Below, in pieces: positions 37,667 through 48,161 of a stretch of 64,000 nt of DNA (within the stretch, counting starts at the first letter, position 1; every line of letters starts with the position of its first letter). A model generated the notes under the pieces. The model was not told where the DNA came from and did no database searches. It saw only the letters and a program-made list of their open reading frames with translations. Made by a program: the position numbers and the translations under genes. The stretch is from NCBI GenBank assembly GCA_963693055.1, contig OY843751.1, forward strand, positions 6,304,001 through 6,368,000. The letters are read 5' to 3'. The stretch comes from a bacterium (lineage in GTDB: Bacteria; Zhuqueibacterota; Zhuqueibacteria; Residuimicrobiales; Krinioviventaceae).

Positions 37667-40600
37667 TCAGGCAAACAGCATTTCCACGTTTTCCCGTGTC
37701 AGGCTTTTGAAAAATCCGGAATCTGTGGTGATGAGGTCAGATACCAGTTTTTTCTTTTTATCCTGCAGGGTCAGCATTTTTTCTTCTACACTTTCTTTGG
37801 TAATCAGGCGATAGACGAAAACTTTTTTCTCCTGCCCTATACGGTGCGCGCGGTCTGTGGCTTGAACCTCAACTGCGGGGTTCCACCAAGGATCATAATG
37901 GATGACATAATCGGCTTCGGTCAGATTGAGACCGGTTCCACCGGCTTTGAGACTGATTAAAAAGATCTTTATGTTTTTGTCATTTTGAAAACGCTCTACA
38001 CATTCCTGTCTGTTGCGGGTGTTACCATCGAGATAGACGTAGGGAATGCCAACCTCGTCGAGGTGTGCCTGTAATAATTTTAACATACGTACAAACTGTG
38101 AAAACAGCAGAATCTTGTGGTCTTCGGCAATGATTTCTTCAATGGATTCTTTCAGGTATTCAAATTTACCCGAGTCTTCATTTACATTATTGTCTATCAA
38201 ATGCGGATGGCAGGCTATCTGACGCAGTTTGACCAAGCCTTCCAGTATGTTCATGCGGGCTTTGTCTATACCTACGGTGTCAATTTTTTCAAGAATCATT
38301 GAGCGATAGTAATTTTTCCAATATTGATATAATTGCTGCTGTTCAGGATTCATAGAACAAAAGACAGTTTGCTCAATTTTGGGCGGCAGTTCTGTTGCTA
38401 CATTCTCTTTGGTCCGTCTGAGGATGAATGGATAGATCAATTGCTTTAACAGTGCTGCTGTTTCAGTGTCCTGCTTTTTTTCTATGGGATTGGTAAAGAA
38501 TGACTTGAAATATGGCAATGGACCCAAAAGTCCCGGATTTAGAAATGAGAACTGTGACCACAATTCAATGGTATTGTTTTCAACCGGTGTACCGGTAAGA
38601 ACCAGTTTGTATCTGCTGTTTAAAATACGGACCGCTTTGGCGGTTTGAGATTGTGGATTTTTAATTTTTTGAGATTCATCCAGTACGATATAATGGAAAT
38701 CCAGATCCCTGAGAAAGGTAACATCGCGTCTCATAATGCCATAACTGGTCAAAATGATATCATATTCTTCAAAGCCGTCAATGTTGCGTTGGCGGTAGTT
38801 CCCGGTATGAACCAATACATTGAGCTCTGGGGTGAATTTTTTAATTTCCTGTTCCCAGTTAAACACGACCGATGTGGGGCATACAATCAAGCTGGATTTG
38901 TTATTGCCAAGTTTTTTTTCTTTCAACAATAAAGAAAGGGTTTGCAGGGTTTTTCCAAGACCCATATCATCGGCAAGGCAGCCGCCAAAGTTATATTCTT
39001 TTAAAAAGTAAAGCCAGTCAAAACCCGCTTTTTGATAGTCCCGCATAACACTGTTCAAGCTTGTTGGTAATTCCTGCTGTTCAATGCCTTTAAATCCTTG
39101 AAGGCGTTCGAGGTTGAAATTATATTCTTCGTCTACTATTTTACCTTCGGCATCTTCAAAAAGAGAGTCTATGAGGGTTACATGATATTTTGCAACCTGT
39201 ATCTCCTGGTCATCTGAATGACTGAAATTGAACAGATGTTTAAATTTCTTGAACCACTCTTCCGGGAGTTTGGCTATGCTATTGTCTTCAAGCCTTACAT
39301 ATTTTTTGTTCTGCTTGACCGCGCGTCGTAGTTCAGAAAGGGCCAGGGAAACGCCTTCAATATCAATTTCGATATTGAGGTCAAACCAGTCGATCTTTGT
39401 TGTTACTGCCATGCGCACGTTAGGTTCGCCAGTGCGGATTCTGAAATTTTCCAGCTCGTCAATTCCATCAAGCACAAAACCTTTTTCGCGTAAATGGGGA
39501 ATGTTTTTAAACATCCATTTCAATACTTTAGAGTTGATCAATCTGAGCGGGCCACGCGGCGAGGTTTTTAATCCGGATTTGAGCAGTGATTCAAGGATTC
39601 TGTTTTCATTTTTTATATCCCGGCTGATGAGTGTTACAGTTTCATCTTCTTTCCGAAAGATATTGAATTGAGATTCATTAGGGTCTATCAGGTGGCCCCC
39701 GTAATTGAATGAGGGGGTGATTTCCAGATAATCTTCGGTCTCTTTCAAAGTTAAGACACAGTTACTGATCGAGTTTTGATGCTTAACCGGAACAGAGTCT
39801 GGCAGTGGGATAGAAGAAAATAATGACAATTGTGGATAGATGTTTTCCAGAAAATCCGGAAATTCTGATTTGGGTATCTGTAGATCAATAGCATCTTTGC
39901 TAAAGGGGAGAAGCAGGCCGGAATATTCCTGATTGTCGATTTTGTAAATTTTATTTTTTCTAATAATCCAAACCGGTTGTTCAGACAGGATGTGATATTC
40001 GGGGTTTAGTTTTTCAACTTTTTGTCCACGTGAGATAACCGGACTCAGGCTGTAATGCTCATTGGTGTTTTCAAATTCAAAGTGAATTGAGCAGGTTTTG
40101 CCAAATTCAATTGGACTTGTGTTATCATTTGTTTTTAATAACAGGGTGCTGTTTTGTAAAAAATCAAAAAGCGGTCCCAGTTTGCTGCCATATTTAAAAT
40201 GAAAGCTCGATATGTCATAGTCGTGATTATTGCCATAGTATCTGTAATTATAAAACGAATTTTGCTGCTGCTCTAATTTTTGTAGATATGATATGATAAT
40301 GGGATCATTTTCGGCATATAATAGTTCTTTAGAGTTTGGATCAAATTCGCCAATGTTGGCAAAACGGCCAATACTGCCATCTTTTTTTACATACGCTTTT
40401 TGGGGGGTTAAAGACCAGGATTCATTATCAAACTGGATAATAAAGACAATTTTCCATTTCTGCATGGAATTGTCTTCGTTGTTTGGTAAGGAATAGATTT
40501 GAGATTCTATTACCTGATCAAAAAAAGACTTCCATTGTGGCTGCGATTGAAGTTGTATTAGATTTTCCTGATTCTCATTGTACCAGGTTTTTGCCTCAAG

Positions 40601-40837
40601 TAGCGCGGCAATCACATGCTCACAGGTTCCCCAGCTGGGGCACGTACAGCTTGAATAGAATTTTCCGTTTTCCTGTTCAACCTGAACATTATGTGTTTCA
40701 TCATTTTCGACGGTTGCTTTGAATTGTACAAGACCTGTTTCAAGCAGTTCAACCTTGCTTTGCTTGTATAGGCGCACTCCTTTTTTGTATACAGAATCGT
40801 TAGCGTAAGCTTTAATATTTTCTAATGTTATATTCAT
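37667..40837 (-). CDS. SWIM-domain SNF2/SWI2 helicase-like ATPase
   Basis: CTCP...CEH (SWIM), LADDMGLGKT, DESQ, TGTP, QATDRAHRIGQ. Confidence 0.93.
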   Translation of the reverse strand: MNITLENIKAYANDSVYKKGVRLYKQSKVELLETGLVQFKATVENDETHNVQVEQENGKFYSSCTCPSWGTCEHVIAALLEAKTWYNENQENLIQLQSQPQWKSFFDQVIESQIYSLPNNEDNSMQKWKIVFIIQFDNESWSLTPQKAYVKKDGSIGRFANIGEFDPNSKELLYAENDPIIISYLQKLEQQQNSFYNYRYYGNNHDYDISSFHFKYGSKLGPLFDFLQNSTLLLKTNDNTSPIEFGKTCSIHFEFENTNEHYSLSPVISRGQKVEKLNPEYHILSEQPVWIIRKNKIYKIDNQEYSGLLLPFSKDAIDLQIPKSEFPDFLENIYPQLSLFSSIPLPDSVPVKHQNSISNCVLTLKETEDYLEITPSFNYGGHLIDPNESQFNIFRKEDETVTLISRDIKNENRILESLLKSGLKTSPRGPLRLINSKVLKWMFKNIPHLREKGFVLDGIDELENFRIRTGEPNVRMAVTTKIDWFDLNIEIDIEGVSLALSELRRAVKQNKKYVRLEDNSIAKLPEEWFKKFKHLFNFSHSDDQEIQVAKYHVTLIDSLFEDAEGKIVDEEYNFNLERLQGFKGIEQQELPTSLNSVMRDYQKAGFDWLYFLKEYNFGGCLADDMGLGKTLQTLSLLLKEKKLGNNKSSLIVCPTSVVFNWEQEIKKFTPELNVLVHTGNYRQRNIDGFEEYDIILTSYGIMRRDVTFLRDLDFHYIVLDESQKIKNPQSQTAKAVRILNSRYKLVLTGTPVENNTIELWSQFSFLNPGLLGPLPYFKSFFTNPIEKKQDTETAALLKQLIYPFILRRTKENVATELPPKIEQTVFCSMNPEQQQLYQYWKNYYRSMILEKIDTVGIDKARMNILEGLVKLRQIACHPHLIDNNVNEDSGKFEYLKESIEEIIAEDHKILLFSQFVRMLKLLQAHLDEVGIPYVYLDGNTRNRQECVERFQNDKNIKIFLISLKAGGTGLNLTEADYVIHYDPWWNPAVEVQATDRAHRIGQEKKVFVYRLITKESVEEKMLTLQDKKKKLVSDLITTDSGFFKSLTRENVEMLFA

Positions 40838-40969
40838 CAACTGATATCATAATAATACAAAAAAGACTAAACTTTATGGTACAGTTTGTTTTGCTAAAAA
40901 TCAAGGATTTTATTTTTTGTAAAGGTTAGTTCACACCAAATTACAGACCCCATGGTAATTTTTGGGCAT

Positions 40970-41899
40970 TTATTTTGTAATGATCATCTTTTTGACTTGT
41001 TTAAATCCCGGAGCAGACATTTTGTAAAAATAAACGCCCGATGCAACTTTGATATGGTTGTCATTAAGTCCAGACCACGATACTGCATGTGTGCCTGCTG
41101 GTTTTTCAGCATCTACCAGAGTGGCTACATGTTTACCCTGCAGGTTAAATATTGAAATATGTACCGGTGAAGCTTCTGGCAACGCATACATGATGGTTGT
41201 TACAGGATTAAATGGATTGGGGTAATTTTGAGCCACAAGAAAAGTTTCGGGTAATCCTTTGTCTACCAGGATTTCCTGCGGGCCAAATATTTGTGTGGTG
41301 CCATCAATATTCAGACATAATAATTTATAGTAATATGTTTTAAACAGTTCCGGTTTTTCATCGATAAAAGAGTATTGTTTTAACGTTGTACTGTTACTGC
41401 TTTGTATTATATGGGTGTTTATTTTTTTATAGCTACCATCTTTGGTTTCTGAACGTAGTACATTGTATCCCAACATATCCTGTTCGCTATGTACATTCCA
41501 TTCGACTTGAACTTTACCTTCAAGCAGTTCCAGCTCAAACGAAGAAAGCTCAACCGGCAACGTATGTTCTTCACCCAGGGGTGATTCGTTACCGAATTCG
41601 TCAACTGCAGTTACAGTATAATAGAGAGTTACTTCAGGATCCAATAGCCGGTCATCGTAATGTACAAACGCTGCATTGGTTGTTGTGCCCACAATTTCAG
41701 ATTGTAGTGGGGGATAAGAAAGAGTCTCCTGGCAATAGATATAATAATATATAGTTCCGGTTTCCGGGTCACCGTTTATATCTGTAGTTACCGGGTCCCA
41801 GATAATTGTAGAAAAGCCATTGCCCTCACTTTTAGCTATAACAAGTGAAGCTGTAATTAATAAAAAGAAAATTATAATATGTATATATGCTCTCATCAT
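40970..41899 (-). CDS. Secreted Fn3-like protein with C-terminal CTD
   Basis: Signal peptide, VTAVDEFGNES, LPVELSSF, QNYPNPFNP..SGVYFY..KKMIITK. Confidence 0.8.
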   Translation of the reverse strand: MMRAYIHIIIFFLLITASLVIAKSEGNGFSTIIWDPVTTDINGDPETGTIYYYIYCQETLSYPPLQSEIVGTTTNAAFVHYDDRLLDPEVTLYYTVTAVDEFGNESPLGEEHTLPVELSSFELELLEGKVQVEWNVHSEQDMLGYNVLRSETKDGSYKKINTHIIQSSNSTTLKQYSFIDEKPELFKTYYYKLLCLNIDGTTQIFGPQEILVDKGLPETFLVAQNYPNPFNPVTTIMYALPEASPVHISIFNLQGKHVATLVDAEKPAGTHAVSWSGLNDNHIKVASGVYFYKMSAPGFKQVKKMIITK

Positions 41900-41937
41900 A
41901 CTTCCATGAAATTGATCTACTATATCAAAAAATAATA

Positions 41938-41953
41938 AGCAAATTTCAGGCCG
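41938..41953 (-). promoter_or_regulatory. sigma54 promoter candidate
   Basis: Minus strand CGGCCTGAAATTTGCT (GG-N10-GC). Confidence 0.45.
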
Positions 41954-42112
41954 AAATCGAACTGTTTTTGTTTGTTGTTTTTTATGGACTTGCCCTTGTT
42001 TTGTTGCCGTTGCCTTTCCTGATGTGTATTTTATGAAACAATTTTTGTGTACAATTGTATCATATATATAAAAAAATCTTGTTATTGCAGCATTTTATCA
42101 ATAATTTTGTTC

Positions 42113-43801
42113 ATGAAAATTTTAAAACTATTTTTGCTGATAATTTTATTAACGGGTTGTGCAAAGCAGGGGTATCCCCCTGGTGGACCTGTGGACAAGC
42201 GTCCCCCGTTGATTTTGAATACCTATCCACCGGCTGACACAACCCAAATTGCGGTTGATACTCAGGTGATGATCGAGTTTAGTGAAGCGGTAGATCCGCA
42301 GTCCTGTCAGGAATCAATATTTATTACACCGTTTCCGGGTGAGAATATTCAATATAAATGGAAAAAGGGTCGTCAGCTATTTATCACATTTCCGGGACCG
42401 TTGGCAGAGAATCGGACCTATGTAATAACCGTGGGAACCGGGACCCAGGACCGGCGCAATAACAAGATGCGTTCTTCGTATTCGCTTGCCTTTTCAACAG
42501 GTCCGGTATTGGATATTGCTTCTATTGGTGGTAATGTATATGCATCCGGGAAAACACCTGTTCAGGGTACTCAAATTTGGGCTTATGATCTGGAAGAAGT
42601 TCCAGAACCTAATCCTTCGGTAGATTTCCCACTATATATTACCCAGGTGGGTGAAGATGGTGAATATGATCTTTCATACATGGCTTTTGGACATTATCGT
42701 TTACTTGCAATCAAAGACCGGGATATGAACAACAAGTATGATACAGAGTATGATATGCTGGGAGTCAGCTTTAATGATGTAATATTGTCAGAAACCATTC
42801 CTTCAATTGATGGATTTGATTTCAGAATTGCACTTGAAGATACTACTGCCCCCATTTTGAGAAGTGCCGGTGCATTGGACCAAAATCATGTTGATGTTCG
42901 ATTTTCGGAAAACATGCGAACTGACAGCCTGTCTAGCTTGAACAACTATCTACTCTTTAATCCTGTTGATACGTTGACAATTCTGGATGCCTTTCCCGAT
43001 GCGTCTACTCCATTTTTGGTGCATTTAACTACCTCGGAACAGATTTCGGATAGTATGTATTTTGTCAAGGTTGAGCACGCTATGGATCTTGCCGGACATT
43101 TGCTTGGGCCGGATACATTGAATGTGAATTTTAAGGGCAGTACAGTCCCGGATACAACGGGTCCTTATTATGTCAGCATGATTCCGGCGGACAGTTCAAA
43201 GAATGTAATGATAGATACAACCATAACACTTTTGTTCAGTGAAATAATGGACAGGCAATCTGTTGAGAAATGTCTGGTAGTTGCAGATACCCTGGGTGAT
43301 ACCTTGTCTGGCACATTTAACTGGCTGCATGGCGCAAGTATAGAGTTTGAACCGGATGTGCCTATGGAGCCTGAAACTTTTTATTGGGTAACATTGCCAG
43401 TTGATTCAACGGTTAAAGATTTTTTTGGTAATCCTTTGGCTGATACATTGGTGCAAAAGCGGTTTAATTCAATTAATCCCGATACATTGAGTGAAATTGC
43501 GGGAACCGTTCGGGATGCAGACACATCGGCAACCGGACGTTTCCAGATTACCGCGCAGATGATTAATGGACCGGAAAAGACGTTGTGGATTGATGGAGAA
43601 GGTGATTATCGTTTTACTGAACTGATGCCGGGAGCCTATGTATTGTCGCTGTTCAGGGATGAAGATGATAATAATGTTTACAGCAAAGGAAGGGCCTTTC
43701 CTTATCAGGCTGCTGAACGTTTTTATATTTTCCCGGATACAATAAAGATCCGGTCAAGATGGCCAGATGAAGGCGAAAATATAACATTGCCAAATTTCTA
43801 G
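42113..43801 (+). CDS. Lipoprotein with bacterial Ig-like (Big_5) domains
   Basis: LTGC-AKQGYPPGGPVD..PP; repeated D.T.P...FSE units. Confidence 0.8.
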   Translation: MKILKLFLLIILLTGCAKQGYPPGGPVDKRPPLILNTYPPADTTQIAVDTQVMIEFSEAVDPQSCQESIFITPFPGENIQYKWKKGRQLFITFPGPLAENRTYVITVGTGTQDRRNNKMRSSYSLAFSTGPVLDIASIGGNVYASGKTPVQGTQIWAYDLEEVPEPNPSVDFPLYITQVGEDGEYDLSYMAFGHYRLLAIKDRDMNNKYDTEYDMLGVSFNDVILSETIPSIDGFDFRIALEDTTAPILRSAGALDQNHVDVRFSENMRTDSLSSLNNYLLFNPVDTLTILDAFPDASTPFLVHLTTSEQISDSMYFVKVEHAMDLAGHLLGPDTLNVNFKGSTVPDTTGPYYVSMIPADSSKNVMIDTTITLLFSEIMDRQSVEKCLVVADTLGDTLSGTFNWLHGASIEFEPDVPMEPETFYWVTLPVDSTVKDFFGNPLADTLVQKRFNSINPDTLSEIAGTVRDADTSATGRFQITAQMINGPEKTLWIDGEGDYRFTELMPGAYVLSLFRDEDDNNVYSKGRAFPYQAAERFYIFPDTIKIRSRWPDEGENITLPNF

Positions 43802-44154
43802 TCTACGTCGTCAAACATGGATACTACCCGGCCGCCATTTTGAGATTTGGGTTTGTCTTTTATTGCTGATTTTTCTTCATTGGGTTGTGCGGGTTCAGCT
43901 TCTTCAGGTGTTTCTACACGTTCAATGCGTACCGGATTTTGATTCATGGTAAAATTGGCGCCGTGCATCTGGTTGTCATCTAAAATCCAGGTTGCGGTTT
44001 GTAATGGAACAGATAATACCAGAAAATTCATTTGCCACCATCCTTTTTTAACATCAGGAGATACGTCTTCTACTCTGGCAAAAAAAGAAGGTTCGTCATG
44101 AAAGTAAATAAGAATAACTTCACCCGGATGGAACATGTTTTTGTAGAAAGGCAT
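43798..44154 (-). CDS. Hypothetical protein
   Basis: Well-formed ORF (FARVEDVSPDVKKGWW..PLQ..TWIL); start uncertain. Confidence 0.65.
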   Translation of the reverse strand: MPFYKNMFHPGEVILIYFHDEPSFFARVEDVSPDVKKGWWQMNFLVLSVPLQTATWILDDNQMHGANFTMNQNPVRIERVETPEEAEPAQPNEEKSAIKDKPKSQNGGRVVSMFDDVD

Positions 44155-44250
44155 AATAACTCCTGTGTAATGGTCGCAATTCGTTCTGATAATATAAAAA
44201 AAATCTTGCAAAAGTTGAACATTATTTATAATATAAATTACTTAAATAAG

Positions 44251-44283
44251 GCCTTCACGAATTATCGATGGAGGTATTTTTTT
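44251..44283 (+). terminator. Terminator-like hairpin in the pyrR leader (possible attenuator)
   Basis: GCCTTCACGA/TCGATGGAGGT stem plus T7, 20 nt before pyrR ATG. Confidence 0.45.
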
Positions 44284-44303
44284 GTCTATTAAAGTGTGTA
44301 CAT

Positions 44304-44861
44304 ATGAATCCAAAAATTAAAGCTAAAGTTATTGATGCAGAAGGATTACAGCGTACAATTGTTCGCCTGGCTCACGAGATTATAGAGCGGAACAAGGGTG
44401 TTGATAATGTTGTAATCGTTGGTATTCAAACCAGGGGTGCAACCATTGCCACCCGTCTGGTAAACAAAATTGAAGAAATTGAGGGTAAAAAGGTACCTCT
44501 GGGTATTTTGGATATTACCCTGTATAGGGATGATTTTAGAAAAAGAATGAAACAGCCGGTTGTGCAGGTTACCCGAATTCCGTTTGAGATCAATGATGTT
44601 CAGGTTGTGCTGGTGGATGATGTCATGTTTACCGGTAGAACATCGCGAGCTGCGCTTGACGCGCTGATGGATTTTGGGCGTCCCTCAAGTATTCAACTCG
44701 CCGTATTGGTTGACCGGGGGCACAGAGAGTTACCCATTCAACCGGATTATACCGGCAAGATGATACTGACATCTATTGGAGAAGAAATTCAAGTGCGTTT
44801 AAAAGAGGATGATACAGAAGACAGTGTATACCTGGTTGAGGCGCCAAAGGAGGAAGTTTAA
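44304..44861 (+). CDS. pyrR: Bifunctional pyr attenuation regulator/UPRTase
   Basis: RLAHEIIE, LDITLYRDD, LVDDVMFTGRT, DRGHRELPI. Confidence 0.95.
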   Translation: MNPKIKAKVIDAEGLQRTIVRLAHEIIERNKGVDNVVIVGIQTRGATIATRLVNKIEEIEGKKVPLGILDITLYRDDFRKRMKQPVVQVTRIPFEINDVQVVLVDDVMFTGRTSRAALDALMDFGRPSSIQLAVLVDRGHRELPIQPDYTGKMILTSIGEEIQVRLKEDDTEDSVYLVEAPKEEV

Positions 44862-45796
44862 TGTCATTATCCATTTCCCATTTGTTAGGGTTGGAGGGAG
44901 TGCCAAAATCAGATATTAAGCTAATTCTGGATACGGCAGAATCATTCAAAGAAATCCTGAGTCGTGATATCCCCAAAGTCCCAACATTACGTGGCAAAAC
45001 CGTACTTAATTTCTTTTATGAGCCTTCAACCCGTACACGTATTTCATTCGAACTCGCAGAAAAAAGACTCTCGGCAGATACGGTTAACTTTTCCAGTTCT
45101 ACCAGTTCTGTAAAAAAGGGAGAAACTCTGCGCGATACTATTCGTAACATTGAAGCCATGAATATAGATATGGTCGTTGTGAGGCATTCAACACCCGGTG
45201 TGCCGTTATTTCTTACCCAGTGTGTGGATTCGGCAATTATTAATGCAGGTGATGGTATGCATGAGCATCCTACACAGGCCCTGCTTGATATGTTGTCTTT
45301 GCGGGAAAAGTTTGGCTCCCTTGAAGGCCTAAAGGTTGCAATTGTTGGAGATATTACTCATGGTCGCGTGGCAACATCCAATATTTTTGGACTCAAAGCC
45401 ATGGGTGCCGAAGTTATGGTCTGCGGGCCCAAAACGTTGATACCGAACAGTATTGAAGATCTGGGTGTTACCGTCTCTTATAGCATCGATGAAGCAATCG
45501 AATGGGCAGACGCGTTGAATGTATTGAGAATTCAACTTGAACGACAAGACGCGGGATTGTTTCCCTCAATCCGTGAATATCATTCCGAGTTTGGCGTAAC
45601 CAGAAAACGTCTTGAAAATGCGAAAAAGGATATCGCAATTATGCACCCGGGTCCCATAAACCGGGGAGTGGAATTGGATAGTGATGTGGCAGATTCCGAT
45701 TTTTCATTGATACTGCAGCAGGTAACCAATGGTGTAGCTGTTAGAATGGCGGTTTTGTTGCTGCTGAGTGGTGTAGAAACATCGGCTATAAATTAA
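44861..45796 (+). CDS. pyrB: Aspartate carbamoyltransferase catalytic subunit
   Basis: EPSTRTRISF, HEHPTQ, MHPGP. Confidence 0.97.
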   Translation: MSLSISHLLGLEGVPKSDIKLILDTAESFKEILSRDIPKVPTLRGKTVLNFFYEPSTRTRISFELAEKRLSADTVNFSSSTSSVKKGETLRDTIRNIEAMNIDMVVVRHSTPGVPLFLTQCVDSAIINAGDGMHEHPTQALLDMLSLREKFGSLEGLKVAIVGDITHGRVATSNIFGLKAMGAEVMVCGPKTLIPNSIEDLGVTVSYSIDEAIEWADALNVLRIQLERQDAGLFPSIREYHSEFGVTRKRLENAKKDIAIMHPGPINRGVELDSDVADSDFSLILQQVTNGVAVRMAVLLLLSGVETSAIN

Positions 45797-45804
45797 AGGA
45801 TCAT

Positions 45805-47094
45805 GTGTTGATAAATAAAGCAAAACAGGTATTGATAGCTGGCGGATCGGTTTTTGATCCGGTTAGTGGTAAAAGTGAAAAAGCAGATGTATTGATTATA
45901 GATGGTGTTATTAAAGAAATCGGCAAGCTTGACAACTCTAGTTTTAAAGGCGAGCTGGTATCTGCAGAGGAGTGTTTGATTACCCCCGGTTTGATCGATA
46001 TACACGCACACCTGCGCGAACCTGGTCATGAAGACAGAGAAACCCTGGCCAATGCCTGTGAGGCAGCTATGGTGGGTGGTTTTACAGAAGTTTGTTCTAT
46101 GGCAGATACTGATCCGGTTTGCGATAAACAGCAGATTGTAGAATTTATCAAGAAACAGGTAAAAGACGAACTTGTTGAGGTGTATCCCATTGCTGCGATT
46201 ACCAAAAAATGTCAGGGAGTAGAGATAACAGAGATGGCAGAGCTCAAGCGGGCAGGCGCTGTTGCTGTATCTGATGATGAGCATCCTGTGTTGAATTCAG
46301 CGGTAATGCGCAGGGCCATGGAGTATGCAAGTATGTTTGATCTGCCGGTTATGGACCATTGTGAAGATACCGGGTTGACGCATCGAGGACAAATTAATGA
46401 AAGTATCATGTCTACACGTTTGGGATTTCTTCCCATGCCAAATGCGGCAGAAGAGATTTTGGTTTCACGAGACATAAGGCTTGCAGAATTGACAGGCGCC
46501 CGTGTGCACCTGACAAAGATCAGTACCGCGGTTTCTGTAGATATGGTTAGGCAGGCAAAAGCGGCAGGAGTGGATATTACCTGTGATGTTACCGCACATA
46601 ATTTGGTATATTCGGATGAAGACCTGGCTACATTTGATTCAAATCTAAAGGTGAATCCACCCATGCGCAGACCCAATGATGTTAAAGCATTGATCGCCGG
46701 AGTAGCCGATGGTACAATTGATGCTATTGTGACAGACCACTCTCCGTATGCGCTGGAAGAGATTGATGTGGAATTTGATGCGGCACCTTTTGGTATGATT
46801 GGTTTGGAAACGCATTTGAGTTTGTTGATAACCCATCTTGTAAAACCGGGATTGTTGAACCTGCAGCAGGTATTGAATGCTTTGACGGTTCAGCCCCGAA
46901 AAATTTTAAAAATTGAACAAGCAGTAATCAAAGCCGGAAGCAAAGCAAATTTGACGGTTCTGGATCTTGATGGAGAACGGACCATCAAACGGGAGTCGCT
47001 AAAATCTCTGGCGCAAAACACCCCATTAGACGGTCAAACGCTAAAGGGAGTGGTAAAATGTGTTGTAAACAAGGGGAAAGTAGCAAATTTTTGA
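45805..47094 (+). CDS. pyrC: Dihydroorotase (type I; one metal ligand substituted)
   Basis: DIHAHLREPG, HCED, KVNPP, TDHSP; follows pyrB. Confidence 0.88.
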   Translation: MLINKAKQVLIAGGSVFDPVSGKSEKADVLIIDGVIKEIGKLDNSSFKGELVSAEECLITPGLIDIHAHLREPGHEDRETLANACEAAMVGGFTEVCSMADTDPVCDKQQIVEFIKKQVKDELVEVYPIAAITKKCQGVEITEMAELKRAGAVAVSDDEHPVLNSAVMRRAMEYASMFDLPVMDHCEDTGLTHRGQINESIMSTRLGFLPMPNAAEEILVSRDIRLAELTGARVHLTKISTAVSVDMVRQAKAAGVDITCDVTAHNLVYSDEDLATFDSNLKVNPPMRRPNDVKALIAGVADGTIDAIVTDHSPYALEEIDVEFDAAPFGMIGLETHLSLLITHLVKPGLLNLQQVLNALTVQPRKILKIEQAVIKAGSKANLTVLDLDGERTIKRESLKSLAQNTPLDGQTLKGVVKCVVNKGKVANF

Positions 47095-47210
47095 AAAAAT
47101 ACTGCCTTAAAAGCACTTCCACACCAGTCTTGTTTTGATTTTTCTTGCATATTTATTTTTTTTTGTGTAACTTCTTCGTCTGTGTAACAATTAAAATGGG
47201 AGATTTAACG

Positions 47211-47639
47211 TTGAAGACCTATTCACCAAAGCCGGGGGACATAGATCGAAAATGGTACGTCATTGATGCGGAGGGGCTCGTATTAGGACGTGTTGCCAGT
47301 AAAGTGGCAAATGTATTGCGCGGTAAGCACAAACCCATCTGGGCACCACATATGGATGTAGGTGATTTTGTGGTAATCGTAAATGCTGACAAAATACGGG
47401 TAACCGGAAGAAAAGCAGAACAGAAACTGTATTATCGTCATTCCGGATATCCCGGTGGTTTGAAAGAAACCTCTTATCAGACCATGATACAAAAGAAACC
47501 AGAGTTTGTTCTGCATGAAGCTGTTCGCGGTATGCTTCCTCATAACCGTTTGGGCCGCAAAATGTTGAAAAAGCTGAAAATTTATGCAGATGCAGAGCAT
47601 CCGCATCAGGCACAAACTCCGGAACCAATGTCTTTGTAA
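47211..47639 (+). CDS. rplM: 50S ribosomal protein L13 (TTG start)
   Basis: [24 protein letters not shown]. Confidence 0.97.
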   Translation: MKTYSPKPGDIDRKWYVIDAEGLVLGRVASKVANVLRGKHKPIWAPHMDVGDFVVIVNADKIRVTGRKAEQKLYYRHSGYPGGLKETSYQTMIQKKPEFVLHEAVRGMLPHNRLGRKMLKKLKIYADAEHPHQAQTPEPMSL

Positions 47640-47673
47640 AATTACCTAAACGATCGGATTTTTAGGAGCAATA

Positions 47674-48066
47674 ATGAAAGAAAACTATTATTACGCAACC
47701 GGTAGAAGAAAAAATGCTATTGCACGTGTATATCTTACACCGGGAAGCGGAAAATTTACCGTTAACAATCGCGAGTTGATGGATTATGTGAGACGTGATA
47801 CCTTGCGCATGATCGTAGAACAACCCCTCGAAGTAACGGAAAATTTGGGCAAATATGACATTAAAGCCTTTGTAAATGGCGGCGGATTAAGCGGTCAGGC
47901 AGGAGCTTTGTTGTTAGGCATTGCACGTGCACTTGTTAAAACTAATGAAGATTTACGTTCTCCTTTACGTCGTCATGGATTTTTGACACGTGATCCGAGA
48001 ATGGTTGAACGTAAGAAATACGGACAACCGGGCGCAAGAAAACGCTTCCAGTTCTCAAAACGTTAA
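47674..48066 (+). CDS. rpsI: 30S ribosomal protein S9
   Basis: [18 protein letters not shown]. Confidence 0.98.
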   Translation: MKENYYYATGRRKNAIARVYLTPGSGKFTVNNRELMDYVRRDTLRMIVEQPLEVTENLGKYDIKAFVNGGGLSGQAGALLLGIARALVKTNEDLRSPLRRHGFLTRDPRMVERKKYGQPGARKRFQFSKR

Positions 48067-48074
48067 TCTTTATA

Positions 48075-48144
48075 TCACACACATTTTCCCAATTGGGGTG
48101 TTATATACCGATGCACAATGGGAAAATGGAGGAAAAAACCCCAA
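48075..48144 (+). ncRNA. rpsB (S2) autoregulatory leader, t44-like
   Basis: CACACA...GGGGTG...TGGAGG..AACCCC with CATTTTCCCA/TGGGAAAATG stem and GGGGT/ACCCC pseudoknot potential. Confidence 0.7.
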
Positions 48145-48161
48145 AAGAGAGGTGTTAAATT

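Noticed and set aside
37667-40837. SNF2 helicase as an anti-phage defence gene
   Set aside because: Common SWIM-SNF2 architecture with no methylase, nuclease or other defence partner nearby
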